The notes under the pieces are model-generated. The model was not told the DNA's origin and did not search any database. It was given only the letters and a program-made list of their open reading frames with translations. From assembly GCA_000165425.1 (NCBI GenBank), contig CT868541.1, forward strand, positions 411,876 to 431,875: a stretch of DNA of 20,000 nt, read 5' to 3'. The position numbers and the translations under genes were made by a program. Of this stretch, positions 1 to 11,985 are shown one piece after another; position 1 is the first letter of the stretch; every line of letters begins with the position of its first letter. Source of the DNA: Paramecium tetraurelia (lineage: Eukaryota).

Positions 1-519
1 ATTATTACATCTTTCGTTTTACTTATTGTAATTAAGACTTAATCCAAGATGAAATAATTATATTAGTAAGTAATTATGCCAATATCTATGAGTTTACATT
101 AGAAGATATATCATCCACTTAGGCGAAAATAATTATTTAATTGAATTTCGCTTTGTTCTAATGCAAATTTGGCATGATGTAATGTTTTGAATTAAAACTA
201 TTGTTTTTAATGAAATTAGCGAGTGCACTTAGCCTTAAAGTTCTTTTTTTATTAAAATTACAGTCTAAAAAAGGAACTAAACTTGCTGTCTTCCATAATT
301 TTTTTATCCTAAAATCAAAAATAAATTTAAAATCAAAACTTCTTAATTTTATAAGATAAAACACTTTTTCAATTTAAAAAATCATCTTTATTATGGCAAT
401 ACTTTCTTTCTCCATAACTAAATGGGTTTTACAATTATATTAATGCCTAGAATTTATATAATTAAATTAATTTTATATGTTTCATAATAATTATTAATTA
501 TTATATAATGTAAAAATTT

Positions 520-1693
520 TCATTTTTTTAAAATAGAATTTATTAATTTCACTTAATTTTCATTTTTAAATGAAATCAATTCTAGGAATTAATTGATATT
601 TGATTTTAATATTTTTCCTTTTAAAGCTCTTAATAGTTCAAGGATTATTTTAAATTAGTATTCTTAATATTCTTCTACTAACATTCTATCCCATAACTCT
701 ATTACTATTTGGATATCTAAATCTGATGTAAACAGAGTTATAAACCATCTAACAAAAATGAGGGATAAAATAATCCCTAATTCATTTACATGATCATAAA
801 TTTAGGGTTCTTTGTTCTTTATAAATTCATCAAAGCTATTCATTGTGGCCTTTAACCCTTTTTGGTTATCTGATTACAACAACAAATGTTATTATTTTTC
901 AATTAATAGTTCAAAACAGAAATAACAATCTGCCTCTTTTTAAATAACTTAAACTATTGGGGCTAATAAATAGTTCATTCCTGACTAAATAAAATATGAA
1001 ATAATTTATTACTATATATCCAATATTTGGATGTAATTTACAATAAATGTACAAAATTCGTTTCAATACATCTAAGTAAGTTGTGGAATATGCATCCTTT
1101 TAGTTAGATTTGAATGCATAATTATTTGTATAAAATAATTATTAAATATTAAAATTACACGGGTTTTTTAAAAATTCATATTTTGACAAAATCCGACTAA
1201 TCATTTCTGAATAAATTACTTATTATCTATTTCTATCATACTGTAAAGTTGTTCATTCTGTTGATATTATTCAATATTCATATATTATGAAATTATTTTT
1301 AGCTTTTATTCTTCAACCTATTACTCAGTCTATGTCGAAACCTCCAAAGTATACTGGCTCAGTTATTGAAAAATAAGCAGCTCATTAGACTTTGTGATAT
1401 CGATTACAAATTAGTTATATTTCTGTTCCATCACATCTAAGAATTAATTAATTCCATCAGATGGTAAGTAACCTAAAACTTTCATCCATTTAATAGCTCT
1501 CTCAGAATAATTATTCATTTATTAAATTAATTAATTTATAAAAGCACTTGGGTTAATTATTAAATGATAGGAAGAATCTTGAGTAATAGTTTTCAACTTT
1601 TCAATACGAATTCACTTATTTTTACTCAAATTCTGTGCTTCTGAAATATTGTAAGGTTTCAATACTGTTAGGAAAGTAAATATCATTCGACAT
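520..1693 (-). CDS. TBC-domain (Rab-GAP family) protein, ~315-367 aa; 5' end uncertain
   Basis: Table-6 translation gives TBC motifs RAIKWMKVLGYLP, IEIDNNRIL (IxxDxxR), LKRILYIYCKLHPNIGYISGMNYLLAP, EADCYFCFELL, VRWFITLFTSDL and IELWDRML, with TGA at 520-522. Introns 1197-1219 (23 nt) and 985-1012 (28 nt) restore the frame. Start is either ATG 1518, or ATG 1693 with an unusually short 19-nt intron (1597-1615). Confidence 0.88.
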
Positions 1694-1923
1694 TATAAAG
1701 AATCCTGCTTTAATCTTTTATTACTAATAAATAGGAATTCTTATTTTAAAGTTAATATTCAATTAGTAAATAATAGATTAAATTTTATTTACAAATATGT
1801 TATTGCTTGTGACAAAAATATCATGCAAACTATGGGATAATTATTACATTGAGGAATACAATTTAGAACAATTATAACAAAGAAGTTAAATAATATTAAT
1901 CAGTTGAGTATAAATTAGTTATT

Positions 1924-2161
1924 TCAAATGTCCTCAATTATTTCTCCAAATCTACACTTATATTCAGGTGAACAAGTTTCTATTTCAATTTATATCTAGG
2001 TCTCACCTGATAGTATCTCCACATTGGCTTCGATCTGCTTCTTCTGAAGGCTTTTGAAGGCAATCATTCCCAAATTTTTTTTGATCTTCGAAATCCAATT
2101 TTTATGTCTAATCATCAAAAGATGATTTTATTGTTTTCTTCTGAGATGATGCACAACCCAT
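1924..2161 (-). CDS. Small protein with N-terminal MGCxxS acylation-type motif; possibly frameshifted
   Basis: ATG 2161 gives MGCASSQKKTIKSSFDDQTQKLDFEDQKK..., stopping at TGA 2003-2005 (52 aa). An overlapping +1 frame (WISKIKKNLGMIAFKSLQKKQIEANVEILSGETQIQIEIETCSPEYKCRFGEIIEDI) ends at TGA 1924-1926. Confidence 0.5.
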
Positions 2162-2307
2162 ATTACTAATCTCTCATTATATTATATGTATGAAATTAAG
2201 ATTTTGTTGTAATTAAATATCTTGGCTAAAATAGACAGACGTTATTTTAATTATGAATTATAAACTTATTTGATTATATAAATCATTGTAATAATTTGAG
2301 TTCTATG

Positions 2308-3887
2308 TCATTTCTAGACGTTCATCTAGCTGAAATATTAATAATATATACACAATTCTGATCCTTTAATTTCTATATACTTAGGATACCTACTTCACAA
2401 TATCAACAAGGTCAGGTCTTTCTTTTGGATTTTATTTCAAACATTCTACAATAATTTCAATAAGTTTCTTGTCATATTCAAGTTTATTTTTAATCAATAA
2501 ACCGTTAATGTATTCAGCATTAAATTTCTTTTCAATTTCCTCTGCATCTAAAAAGCAAAAAGAAAATAAAGGGGCTCCTTTATTTAATATTAATAAAGCG
2601 ACTAATCCAAATGAATATATATCAGATTTCATCGTGATATCTTACATTCCCTCTGGAGCATGAAATTAGTATGAGCTACTTTATTGAGTACCACAATTAT
2701 TCAAATTTTCCTCTTTAGCCTTCTCTTGGTCTCCTATGTAAAAGTGAGCATCAACTAAGTTTTCATTATCAATATAAATTGATTATGGTGAGATATTTCT
2801 ATGCATGATACCTTCTTAGTGAAATGTCGAAATTCCTAGATGATATGATTAATAATTAACCTTTAATCAATTCATTAATGGCTCTACAGGCTACTTTTCT
2901 ATATATAATGTTATCAATGTTTTGAGCCTTTTTTTGTTCTGCTGCCTCAGCCAAAGTCATAATAAATTTCTTTTGGAAAAAAAAAGTTTAATTATATAAT
3001 CTCAAGTAAGAGAAGTTAATTAGAATATTGGAAGTATTAGACAACTTCTCTGTCACAAAAATTTCTCTATTTTAATATTCTAATTATTAATTTCTATTGG
3101 GTTTAGATAGGTCATAGCTTCTATATAAAAGACTCTTCGATTTAATACCAAAAACAGTTTCAAATACTTTTGGAGTGTTGAATTCCACTGTATATATATC
3201 TTCCATACCATATGAAGATGAAATTTGCAGAATTTTAAAAAATAGATTTAAACCAAAATGATTTTATTAATTTATTCTCAAACCTTTAACAAATGAAAGC
3301 AAATAGTTTATAATTTTCTCAAAATTATCCATGTTGATATCTAGAATTTATATCATCTATGGAAAGTATTTACGTACGAAACTTTTAAAAATATCAATGT
3401 TAGGAGTAGTCATTTTTAAGTGTGAATCTTCTAAATCAAATAATTATAGAAAAACACAGTCTTCAATTAAATATAATTGTGAAATGGATTACAGATTCCA
3501 AGTAATTTTTTTCTAGCTTAGTTCATTTAAGGCTAAGTTATGGATATATTAATTACTTATTGCCAACTAAAGAAGGATAAATTCGATATTTTATTTATTC
3601 AATTAATTTTCTGACAAACGATATTATCTCCAATCCTTCATTATAATTAGAATTTAATTCTATTGGATTATTATCTCATGTGGTTATAGAATGTTAAACA
3701 ATTTTAGATTAAGCATAGACTTGGCATGTTATTCGTCCTTGAAAAATTGAAAATTTGTTTCTCTCTTCAAATAATGCTCAATCTCTGAACTATTTCTTTT
3801 CTAGATTTCGTGTATTTTTATTGAAGAATTTCCTTCATGTAATTCTTAAAGCTCATTGTAATAAAACTTATACTCTTCAATATTCAT
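2308..3887 (-). CDS. Protein kinase-fold protein, probable pseudokinase (~502 aa)
   Basis: Continuous table-6 frame from ATG 3887 to TGA 2308-2310 after removing introns 3533-3556 (24 nt), 2836-2860 (25 nt) and 2330-2351 (22 nt). Kinase subdomain motifs: GISTFHQEGIMHRNISPQSIYI, FYIGDQE, FHAPE, KSDIYSFGLV, ECLKQNPKERP. Confidence 0.88.
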
Positions 3888-3941
3888 TATTGTTTAATAG
3901 AGTATTTTTATATTAAAATAAATATTAAAATTGAATAATTA

Positions 3942-6900
3942 TCATCCTACATTTCTAATAATTTAGTTCTGAAATTTTATTGAGATTTTGTCCCTGGTGT
4001 TCTTGTAATTGAAGTAAAAGTTGTGGCGTAGGTTCTGGCAAACTGATTATCATCTTCATTTTCTTCTGGAATTTCTATGCCCTAATTATTTATTTCTCTC
4101 TTCTTCTCTCTATATTCTTTGTTCATGCTATCTAATTATGATTTTAGTTCCTATTTCTTCTCTCTCAATTCCTTGCATTACTTTATGAGGTGTTTGTTTT
4201 AATCTTAAATGGTGTCATATGCTACTTCTCTTTGGCTAAGTTGATATTTCGCTGAAGCCTCAACTTCAGAGAGACTTTATTGTAAATAATACTTCTGACT
4301 TGATAATGCTTTATAAATAGCATTTTGTTAGCTTTGATCAATCTGTTATTATAGAGGATCCTTTTACATATCCTTCAATGTTTCTTAAAACACAGGATTT
4401 TTAATAGCGATTGCCTTACTATTATCTTTCTGCACCATATGATACAATTCCTCTAGTTTCTCTGGCCAATCTCCAGTGTCACTATTAATTAATGTTTGTA
4501 TAGAAGACTTAAAGTTGTCCATATTTCTTTTGGATAAAGATAAAACAGTTAAGCCGACTTTAGTTGGTTTTTAAGTATATTGAGATCTGTAATTAATTTT
4601 CTTTCTTCTTCAATTCTAGATTGCTTTAATCCTGATTCTTCTAGCAATTCATTATAAAGATTCTTAACGTGTTTCTGAATGAATTATTATCAATAATTAC
4701 TTCCATAGTTTTCAGATGATCCATCAAATTCTCTCTTTCATCCTTTAGAGTGTTAACTCTATAATCGTATACTTTTTAGAAATTTTGCAGATGAACATTT
4801 TTCATTCTAAAATCTTTAATTTACTATTCCCTTTAATTTATAAGTTTCTCTTTCTCTCTCAAATCTGCCAACATCATTTTTATGTTTTTCTTCATACCCT
4901 TTCAATTCTTAGCGCAAACTCTACAAAGATTCCTCGGTTTCTAGTTTATTGCATGAAATAATTACCTTTTTTTAAATTATGCAAGATTTCTTGTCTATTT
5001 TAATATCTCACAATTTCTTTTTTAAATCGAGAGATGCTAGATCTCAATATTTCTGTTTGAGTGTTAAATTCTTCTAATTTTGCCTTAAGGACTGCTATGA
5101 TTCTTTGTAAAAAGTTTCATAATCTTTCTCGCTTTACTGCAAAACTTCTTTAAATTTTCTTTAATCTAATTTCTTATTGGACATAGCTTAACTGAACCTG
5201 TTGAATAAATCTTAATATTTTTAGCAGTATTCGTCATCAACTTAGGAAATTGATTACTAATATTCTTAATTCACTGATCGTCGTTCCTCATCTTACTGTT
5301 TGATGAAATTTTGTAATTTTTCATTCAATTTGTCCCTTATATCATAGATCTACAATAGTTTCTTTGAATTTTATTCATTCATTTCATCTATGGTTTTCTT
5401 AGAAGTTGATATTAAATTCTTTTTATCTTCTTTAATCTTGTTGTTTTTGGCATCTGATTATTAAATTGTTTGAGATAATTAATCCTAAACTTTTTGAATT
5501 TCCTTAGTATGCTCATCGCGTATTTTCTGAAGTTTGTAGTCATTATTATTCAATTATACTTCCTTAGCGTCATCAATGTCACTCTTAAAATTTTACAATC
5601 TATATTCTAATTCTTTCAGCTGCTCTTACCTTACTTCCTAAGCAGTAGTTGAGCATAAACATAAACTATTAAGCGCAAAAGTATCACCTCTAGTTATCAG
5701 ATCCAATTATGTAATCTAATATTATTAAAAATATTGGTTACTTCTTCTCCATTTATGAACTACTTTATTTTACTAAAGAAAATACTACCATCTATTGATG
5801 AACTTATTAAATAACTATTATCCGGAGACACTTTAATGGCTGTCACTGCAAATTAATGAACAGAAATTTCAATTGGTTCCATCATTTAGGGTTGAAGTGG
5901 TAAAATGGATAGGAGTATACTCTAATAGATCCTTATGTAGTTCCAAAAAAGATTGCATTTTACCTATGACTAATGCATATGGCACTAAATTAAGTAGGAA
6001 ATGTATCCACTTCTAGGACAATGTTCTGTCCCTTTTCATGATAAACTTTTAATTTCTAATCTGAAACTCCAACAACAAGATCATATTCAAAGTCATAACA
6101 TAAGCTTTGATATTTGTTCTACTTTTGAGCATGTTCTAAGATTCTTTCTCCTGAAAGCAAATTCCAAACATATAAAATTCCAAATTGACATTAGGAAATT
6201 AAGAGATTATCCTTAGATATATTTAATGAATTTTAATACTCTATCTATAAATAGTAAATCCTTAAGATTTGTTTGATGATTAAGTAATACATTTATCATT
6301 TTATATGTTAGAGGATTATATAATTGAATTTGATTACCATTAGCTGCAGCCAAGATATGTCCTCCTTTGCTATATGTGAGAGCATTACAAACTTTTGTAG
6401 TTTCATTGTGGACTAATTTAAGATCATCATCTAGTATAAAATAGAATCGAAGACTAGGGAATAAATATAATATCTCATTACCCATCCTTAAATACGATTT
6501 CATATTAATAGCTTAATGGATGTATAGCCACCGATAATGGTGTTTCATGAAATTAATGAGAGAACATTTCTTTAAAATCATTTGAATAATCCCAAAATTT
6601 TATATTCTTATCATCACACACTGATGCTAATATAGATCTCATAGGAGTTGTGGCAATATTGAAAATTGTACCTTTATGAACACCCTTCTCGAATAATGGT
6701 TCAAATGGTTCTTTTTGAACTGATTTCAAAGCCTCAACTTTGGCTAAATTAATGTAAACAATTCTAATTTTCCCTGATAAAATTCCAAGATTTACTCACA
6801 TGAAACAATATTATTTAACACTTATTATGATCCTAAGGCTACTTGATATGCAGAACGATTAAAGTAAATCACTGTTAATGCCCCATAAATCTCATATGTA

Positions 6901-8161
6901 GCCAAGTGAATTTAATGAATTCCATAAATATGTTCATCCTTTATAAAGTAAGTACCGACTAAATTTAAGATATATTGTTCTTGTTCTGAATTATCCTATT
7001 CAACTTCATAAACCTAGAACGCAGGTTTTCCTATTAAACCAATTATGAATCCTTTATTGGTCTTTGCTATAGTAGAGATTCGAACACTCACTAATTTTTC
7101 TTATTCAGTAGCCTTATTTTTATCCTTATTTATTTATTCTACTAAAAAATTAATTAATTTTTTACTTTTCTCATCCCTTTATTTTTTTAATTTTAATAGG
7201 AACATAGATTAACTCTTAGAAAGTATATTGTATAAATTATTCGATGATGATGATTACAGAATAGATGATTTGATTCTTTTTATTGAGTTTACAGTTCGAA
7301 TTTTCCTACTTTCTTATCTCCTTTAATCATAATGAGATTGTTTTTGCTAGTTGCCACAATTGCGTATTTCTTTTCAGAATTATAACAAACTTCTACTATG
7401 TTTTCATCTTATTATAACTCTAAGACACTTATCAAATTATTCTATATTTCTAAGCCACTGATGTCAGTTTGATATTTGTACTATGTAAGAAATTATGGCC
7501 CAATCAGAAAAAATTCAAAATCGCTAATGGATTCTAACATATTTATTTTTTATTTGATGAGGGTATAAGAAAGAGAAACTTATTTACTAACGGCAAATAA
7601 ACTCATTCCATAACCATCCTCCTAAGTTGACAATGAGATGAGATGCTATTTATTATTCTATTTGGTATCATAAAGTAAATAATTTATTATTGATTATTCG
7701 AAATTTTAGAATGGAAAAATGATTTCCTTGATTGTTATAATGCCTTTCCATCATTAATGAATAGAATTTCATGAATATTACTATTAGGTAATAAATGAGA
7801 GTGAACACATTAGTAGAAACGCTTCTTTTTTCTATTGTAAACCTTGACAGTAGGAAGTATCTTGCTTGTTGATTTGAAAGCTACACATGAAAACTCAATA
7901 CTTAGACTACTTCATCTTCAGCACTCTTCATTATGTATGTCTATCTCTTTCTAATAATGTCATAGAGCACTATATGTTTGCCGCTTATAAACATGAGAGT
8001 GTCATCATTCACAAACTTACAGTTCTTTCTTATTGGATTTTACAAGCATCCAAATGAAGCTTCTAATGTTATTGATACACCATTTATAATCTAATGTGAT
8101 GATTTTGACAACATTTACTGTTTTATTACTTTTTTCCATTTAGAAACCACTAATCTTCCAT
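3942..8161 (-). pseudogene. CFAP57: CFAP57/WDR65-like ciliary WD40 + coiled-coil gene; frame-disrupted (pseudogene or indel-rich assembly)
   Basis: Segments resemble CFAP57 as I recall it: SFGCLQNPIRKNCKFVNDDTLMFISGKHIVLYD, HKGTIFNIATTPMRSILASVCDDKNIKFWDY, LSVAIHPLS, TYSKGGHILAAANGNQIQLY, LYVWNLLSGER, FFGTTQGSIRVYSYP, VHQFAVTAIKVSPDNSYLISSSIDGSIF, and coiled coil KNVHLQNFQKVYDYRVNTLKDE. Introns at 7142-7165, 6454-6481, 6212-6239, 5716-5741, 4941-4965 and 4675-4700. About 10 frame switches are not explained by introns. Confidence 0.8.
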
Positions 8162-8310
8162 ATCAATTTTAGGTTAGTTAAATATATAATTATAAATTCA
8201 ATAACAATTCGTATTTCACTTCTTTAAGGCATTTTGTATTAGATCCCTCATAAAATTTGGAAATGCTTAGAGTTAGAAACATATATAATATATATATATT
8301 ATAAAATAAC

Positions 8311-8772
8311 TCAAACTTCAAAAATACTATTAAAAATATTTTTTAGAAGAATTCTTTAATCTTTCTCCATTCCTAATCTTGAACCAATGGATTATTCTAA
8401 GAACTCAATTTCTTTTTAATCAAATAAAATTTGAAAGAGAGAATCTATTTTATTTGGCATTTAGCTAATTTTTTTGAAAGAGAAATAAATCCTGAGTTAT
8501 GAAAAAATCCATTTCAAGAACTCCTCGTCTTAAACACTAGAGATATAATAATTTTTTTCAAAATCAATCTTTACTATTGATTATTACTTCAACTTTTTAT
8601 CAGTTAATGTCATTTGATTGAATAATGCTTCTAAATCTGTCATTTCTTTTATATTTTATTGATCTTCTTTTGATTTCTGCCTTTTCTTTTCTCTTTTGAT
8701 CTTAGTCTTTTGTGTGTCCTCATTTTAATTTAATTGATCAATTACCCAACTTTCAAATAATGTTTAGTTCAT
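8311..8772 (-). CDS. Hypothetical protein, 153 aa, with a basic/charged N-terminal stretch
   Basis: Uninterrupted 462-nt table-6 ORF from ATG 8772 to TGA 8311-8313: MNQTLFESWVIDQLNQNEDTQKTKIKREKKRQKSKEDQQNIKEMTDLEALFNQMTL...RILLKNIFNSIFEV. Its 3' end is retained in the duplicate near 18970-19030. Confidence 0.7.
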
Positions 8773-8949
8773 AACACAAATTAAAATTAATAATTTATTG
8801 AAAATAAGATAAGTATAATTATCTTAACTTGTTAGTCAAAAATTTGTTATGTTTTAAATCTAATAAATTATTGTTATATATTTGATTGTATATTGGTCAT
8901 TTGAATTTTTAAGATAATTAAGTTTACAAAAGACTAGATATTTTGGCTT

Positions 8950-10490
8950 AAAATGAAACCTAAGTTGTATAGGACATTTTTAACTTTGTAGAGATCTTAA
9001 CATTTGTTAAACAATTCTTTCAGATGAACCAGAATATAGCAGCCATCTTGATTAGGAACTAGTGTAAAAGAAGTAGTGTACTTAATTTGTATTCAAGAGT
9101 AGTGAGATCCAAGCTCTCATGCTCTAAATTTTTCAATGACTAATAATAATAATACAATAACATTTAATGAGAAGTTGTAAAGCTTAGTCCTAACTTTATC
9201 CAAAATGTTTTGTTTAGGACTTGATATTCAACAATAATATTTTGGTTCTGAATGATTATTCCGAACATCAATTTTTGCTAGTTTATGCACAACTTATATC
9301 GATGAATAATGAAATCAAATGTAATAAAATAATAAATTGCTGTGAGATAAGTGTTATTGTAATTAAATTCATAATAATTGATTTAGCTAAGAATACTTAC
9401 AGCATAATTTTTAAATACTATTCTAATATTAATTTTTTATCTTTTATTTTTCGTATTAATTCTATTCTAATCTATAATTATAAGTATTGTGAACATTTCA
9501 TTTCAGGTTACTCTTGAATAGAAACAAATTGCTTATTATTTAATAATCTACTTGAAATTTATGAACTATATTTATTTTTACTCTGGGAATCTTCAGAATA
9601 TTATTTATCCACCTTTAAAGAAGTATGATTCTAAGCAGTAAGTTGTTCTATTTTAAGCTTGATTAAATAAATTTCTTTTCAGATTTGCCTTGCCTTGCAA
9701 AAAATTACTACTCTAGCCCTTTATTGGAAGCATTAACAAATTCTTTAATTATTGTTGATTAAATCCTTCTAAACCTATGAATAAGCCTTCACTTTCCTTT
9801 TAAATGTTTGAAATGCTGAGACAGGGATTAGTTTAAGCAGAAAACTTAGAATTTTAATATTATGATCATCTGTTAATTAATAGATAATTTGATTTGTATT
9901 ATTGAATTTATTTCTTTTCCAAAATTTATTATAACCTTTTTATAATAAATTTAAGCAAGCAACTTTTTAGATGAAATGGAAAAATATATTTAGCCTCCTT
10001 CAATTTCTAAACTTAATGAATAAGGCCAAGTTGGAAAAGCGAATTTAACATCATTTAATCTTTCTTATCGAAATCTGACTTGCAAGTAAGAGTTAAAAGC
10101 TTTATTTTAACTACTATAATTGAAAAATCCATTTGGCTTTAACAAGAGGCATCAGGCATCAGCATCGAAAAGTAGTTTTGCTACTCGATTGAAATTGGTC
10201 AATCAACAATTAAAGCATGATGGTTAACACCATAGAATAGTAAAAACCTTAGAGTATGATCAATTCAGGAAATTTATTATAAATTTGTGTTTGCAGGAAA
10301 GAGTGCGTTTAAGGTAAACTTATATTATTAAATAATTATAAACAATGATGTAATTTAAAAATTTACCTATCTAAAAATTGATATTGTCACAACCTAAAAT
10401 CCTAATTTAAAGTATTTACAAACTTATCTATTTGAAAATTAGGTTATAAAAACAATAATTAATACAGCAAAAGTGTTCTATAAAGTAATG
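8950..10490 (+). pseudogene. Degenerate plus-strand gene of unknown function; boundaries approximate
   Basis: Protein-like table-6 stretches in alternating frames (e.g. VLNDYSEHQFLLVYAQLISMNNEIK; LQLKNPFGFNKRHQASASKSSFATRLKLVNQQLKH) interrupted by TGA or frame switches. Pieces recur in diverged form at ~19200-19630. Confidence 0.4.
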
Positions 10491-11079
10491 ATTTAGTTCC
10501 TATTGCAATAATGCGTATGAACTATCGGATAGTAAGTGGAGGTAAAATTTTTAATTCAAATATTGATAGGTGAATTTACTCCTACCAGGTTTCTTATATA
10601 AAATCAGATATTAGAATAGTGATAATTTAACTTGTACATAAACTTTGGATACTTTTGTCATATGATTTGATATCTGGGTTTCAATCTTACAAAAAAATCC
10701 AAGATCACAATCTTTTTTATATTTACTATTTGGAAACAGCAATAAGATCTGAGTAACTATCTAAGGACTCTTATCAACAATGTTGAAATGTTCGATACTT
10801 TGATGCTGATATGGCAAATATGATGCTAATTATGATGATGTCGTAATTTGCATACTAATCATGTTCATTGTGGATATATCTTTTCTAATAAAGGAGTCAC
10901 AAAATTTGTAAACACTTGAACTCCTGCTTGTATCATGTATCCATCTGTGTACTTGTTAAACTTATGATAACTTTTATTGTTGTTTCGAGTATATTATACT
11001 AGTAATAAATCAGCTTCGTAGACAACATTTCAAATTAGTATTTAAATACTTCAACACTGAATTTTGATTTTGTCTCTGT

Positions 11080-11985
11080 TGTGATGATGGCTAATAGGAG
11101 CCTATTGCTTGGCTTTTTAGTCCATCTTTTTCCATATCTGCCATCAAAACTTGGTAGAATGTTTATTGAAAATCAGCAACGATTATTAAGTCTTTCTAAT
11201 ACTTCAGGGCATAATAAAACCCTTGTGAATCTAAGATTTACTGTGAGTATGATTCAGCATTTTAGTTTATCATAGCCATGTCCTTAATATATGTCTAGCT
11301 ATTTCTTTTAGTCTACATCTTATAAATCCTCAAAAAGTGGAGTAGCTATGACACTAAAAACATCTGGAAATACAAGCAGGAACTATGTTCACCTAATTGG
11401 TTGTATGTTACCTGCCTTCCTACTATCCTTCAGAATTGAGCCCAAAAGCTTCTAAATGTACATTAAATCTTAGTAGTTAAATTCATAGAATAGCTTTCAT
11501 CAACATTCTATCAACACTTTAGCAATTCTACAACCACTACTAATTATTTTTATTTACGGGATAAGCAAAAGAGTATACCAACTTAGAAGAAAATAACTTT
11601 GTCTTTGGTGTTGATATTGCAAATACTAATGCTATTGGTTCTTCTGATAGTGACTGAGTTCTTGAGGTAAAATTAATTCCTTTAGCTGCACTTGTTGCAT
11701 CCTACTTTAACATAATGCTAACAGGCCTGAGTGTGTGGCAATTTTCCTTCCACTTTACTCAATTTAGATATTATTTTTTTGATAAAATTTGCTCCTCTAT
11801 AAAATCTCAACCCATGTAAGTTGCTGCCTCTTAAATTATGTTATGTAATAAATCAATTCATTTATATCCTTATGTGAATAACATCTATGGTAGAGACTCA
11901 TGTCTAAAATATAATGCGTATAACTTATTTACTACTTTAAATCCTTCGTTCTTGCTATAAAATCTTTTTTTCTTAATCTTTTGAT
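11080..11985 (+). pseudogene. Remnant of a large, probably surface/membrane-type protein gene
   Basis: Higher-complexity sequence with fragments such as LFPYLPSKLGRMFIE and VVCYLPSYYPSELSPKASKCTLNL...FVFGVDIANTNAIG, broken by TGA and frame switches. Strand and identity are uncertain. Confidence 0.25.

Noticed and set aside
1..485. Possible 5' part of a minus-strand gene running off the window
   Set aside because: More than one table-6 frame is open and no motif is recognisable, so a frame or start cannot be chosen.
2469..6216. Plus-strand ORFs 2469-2663, 3331-3516 and 6001-6216
   Set aside because: They are antisense shadows of the minus-strand kinase and CFAP57 genes.
6774..6799. Candidate 26-nt GTGAG…CAG intron in CFAP57
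   Set aside because: It would restore the frame, but unspliced EFYQGKLELF plus one missing T reads more naturally. I left it unresolved and counted it as an indel.
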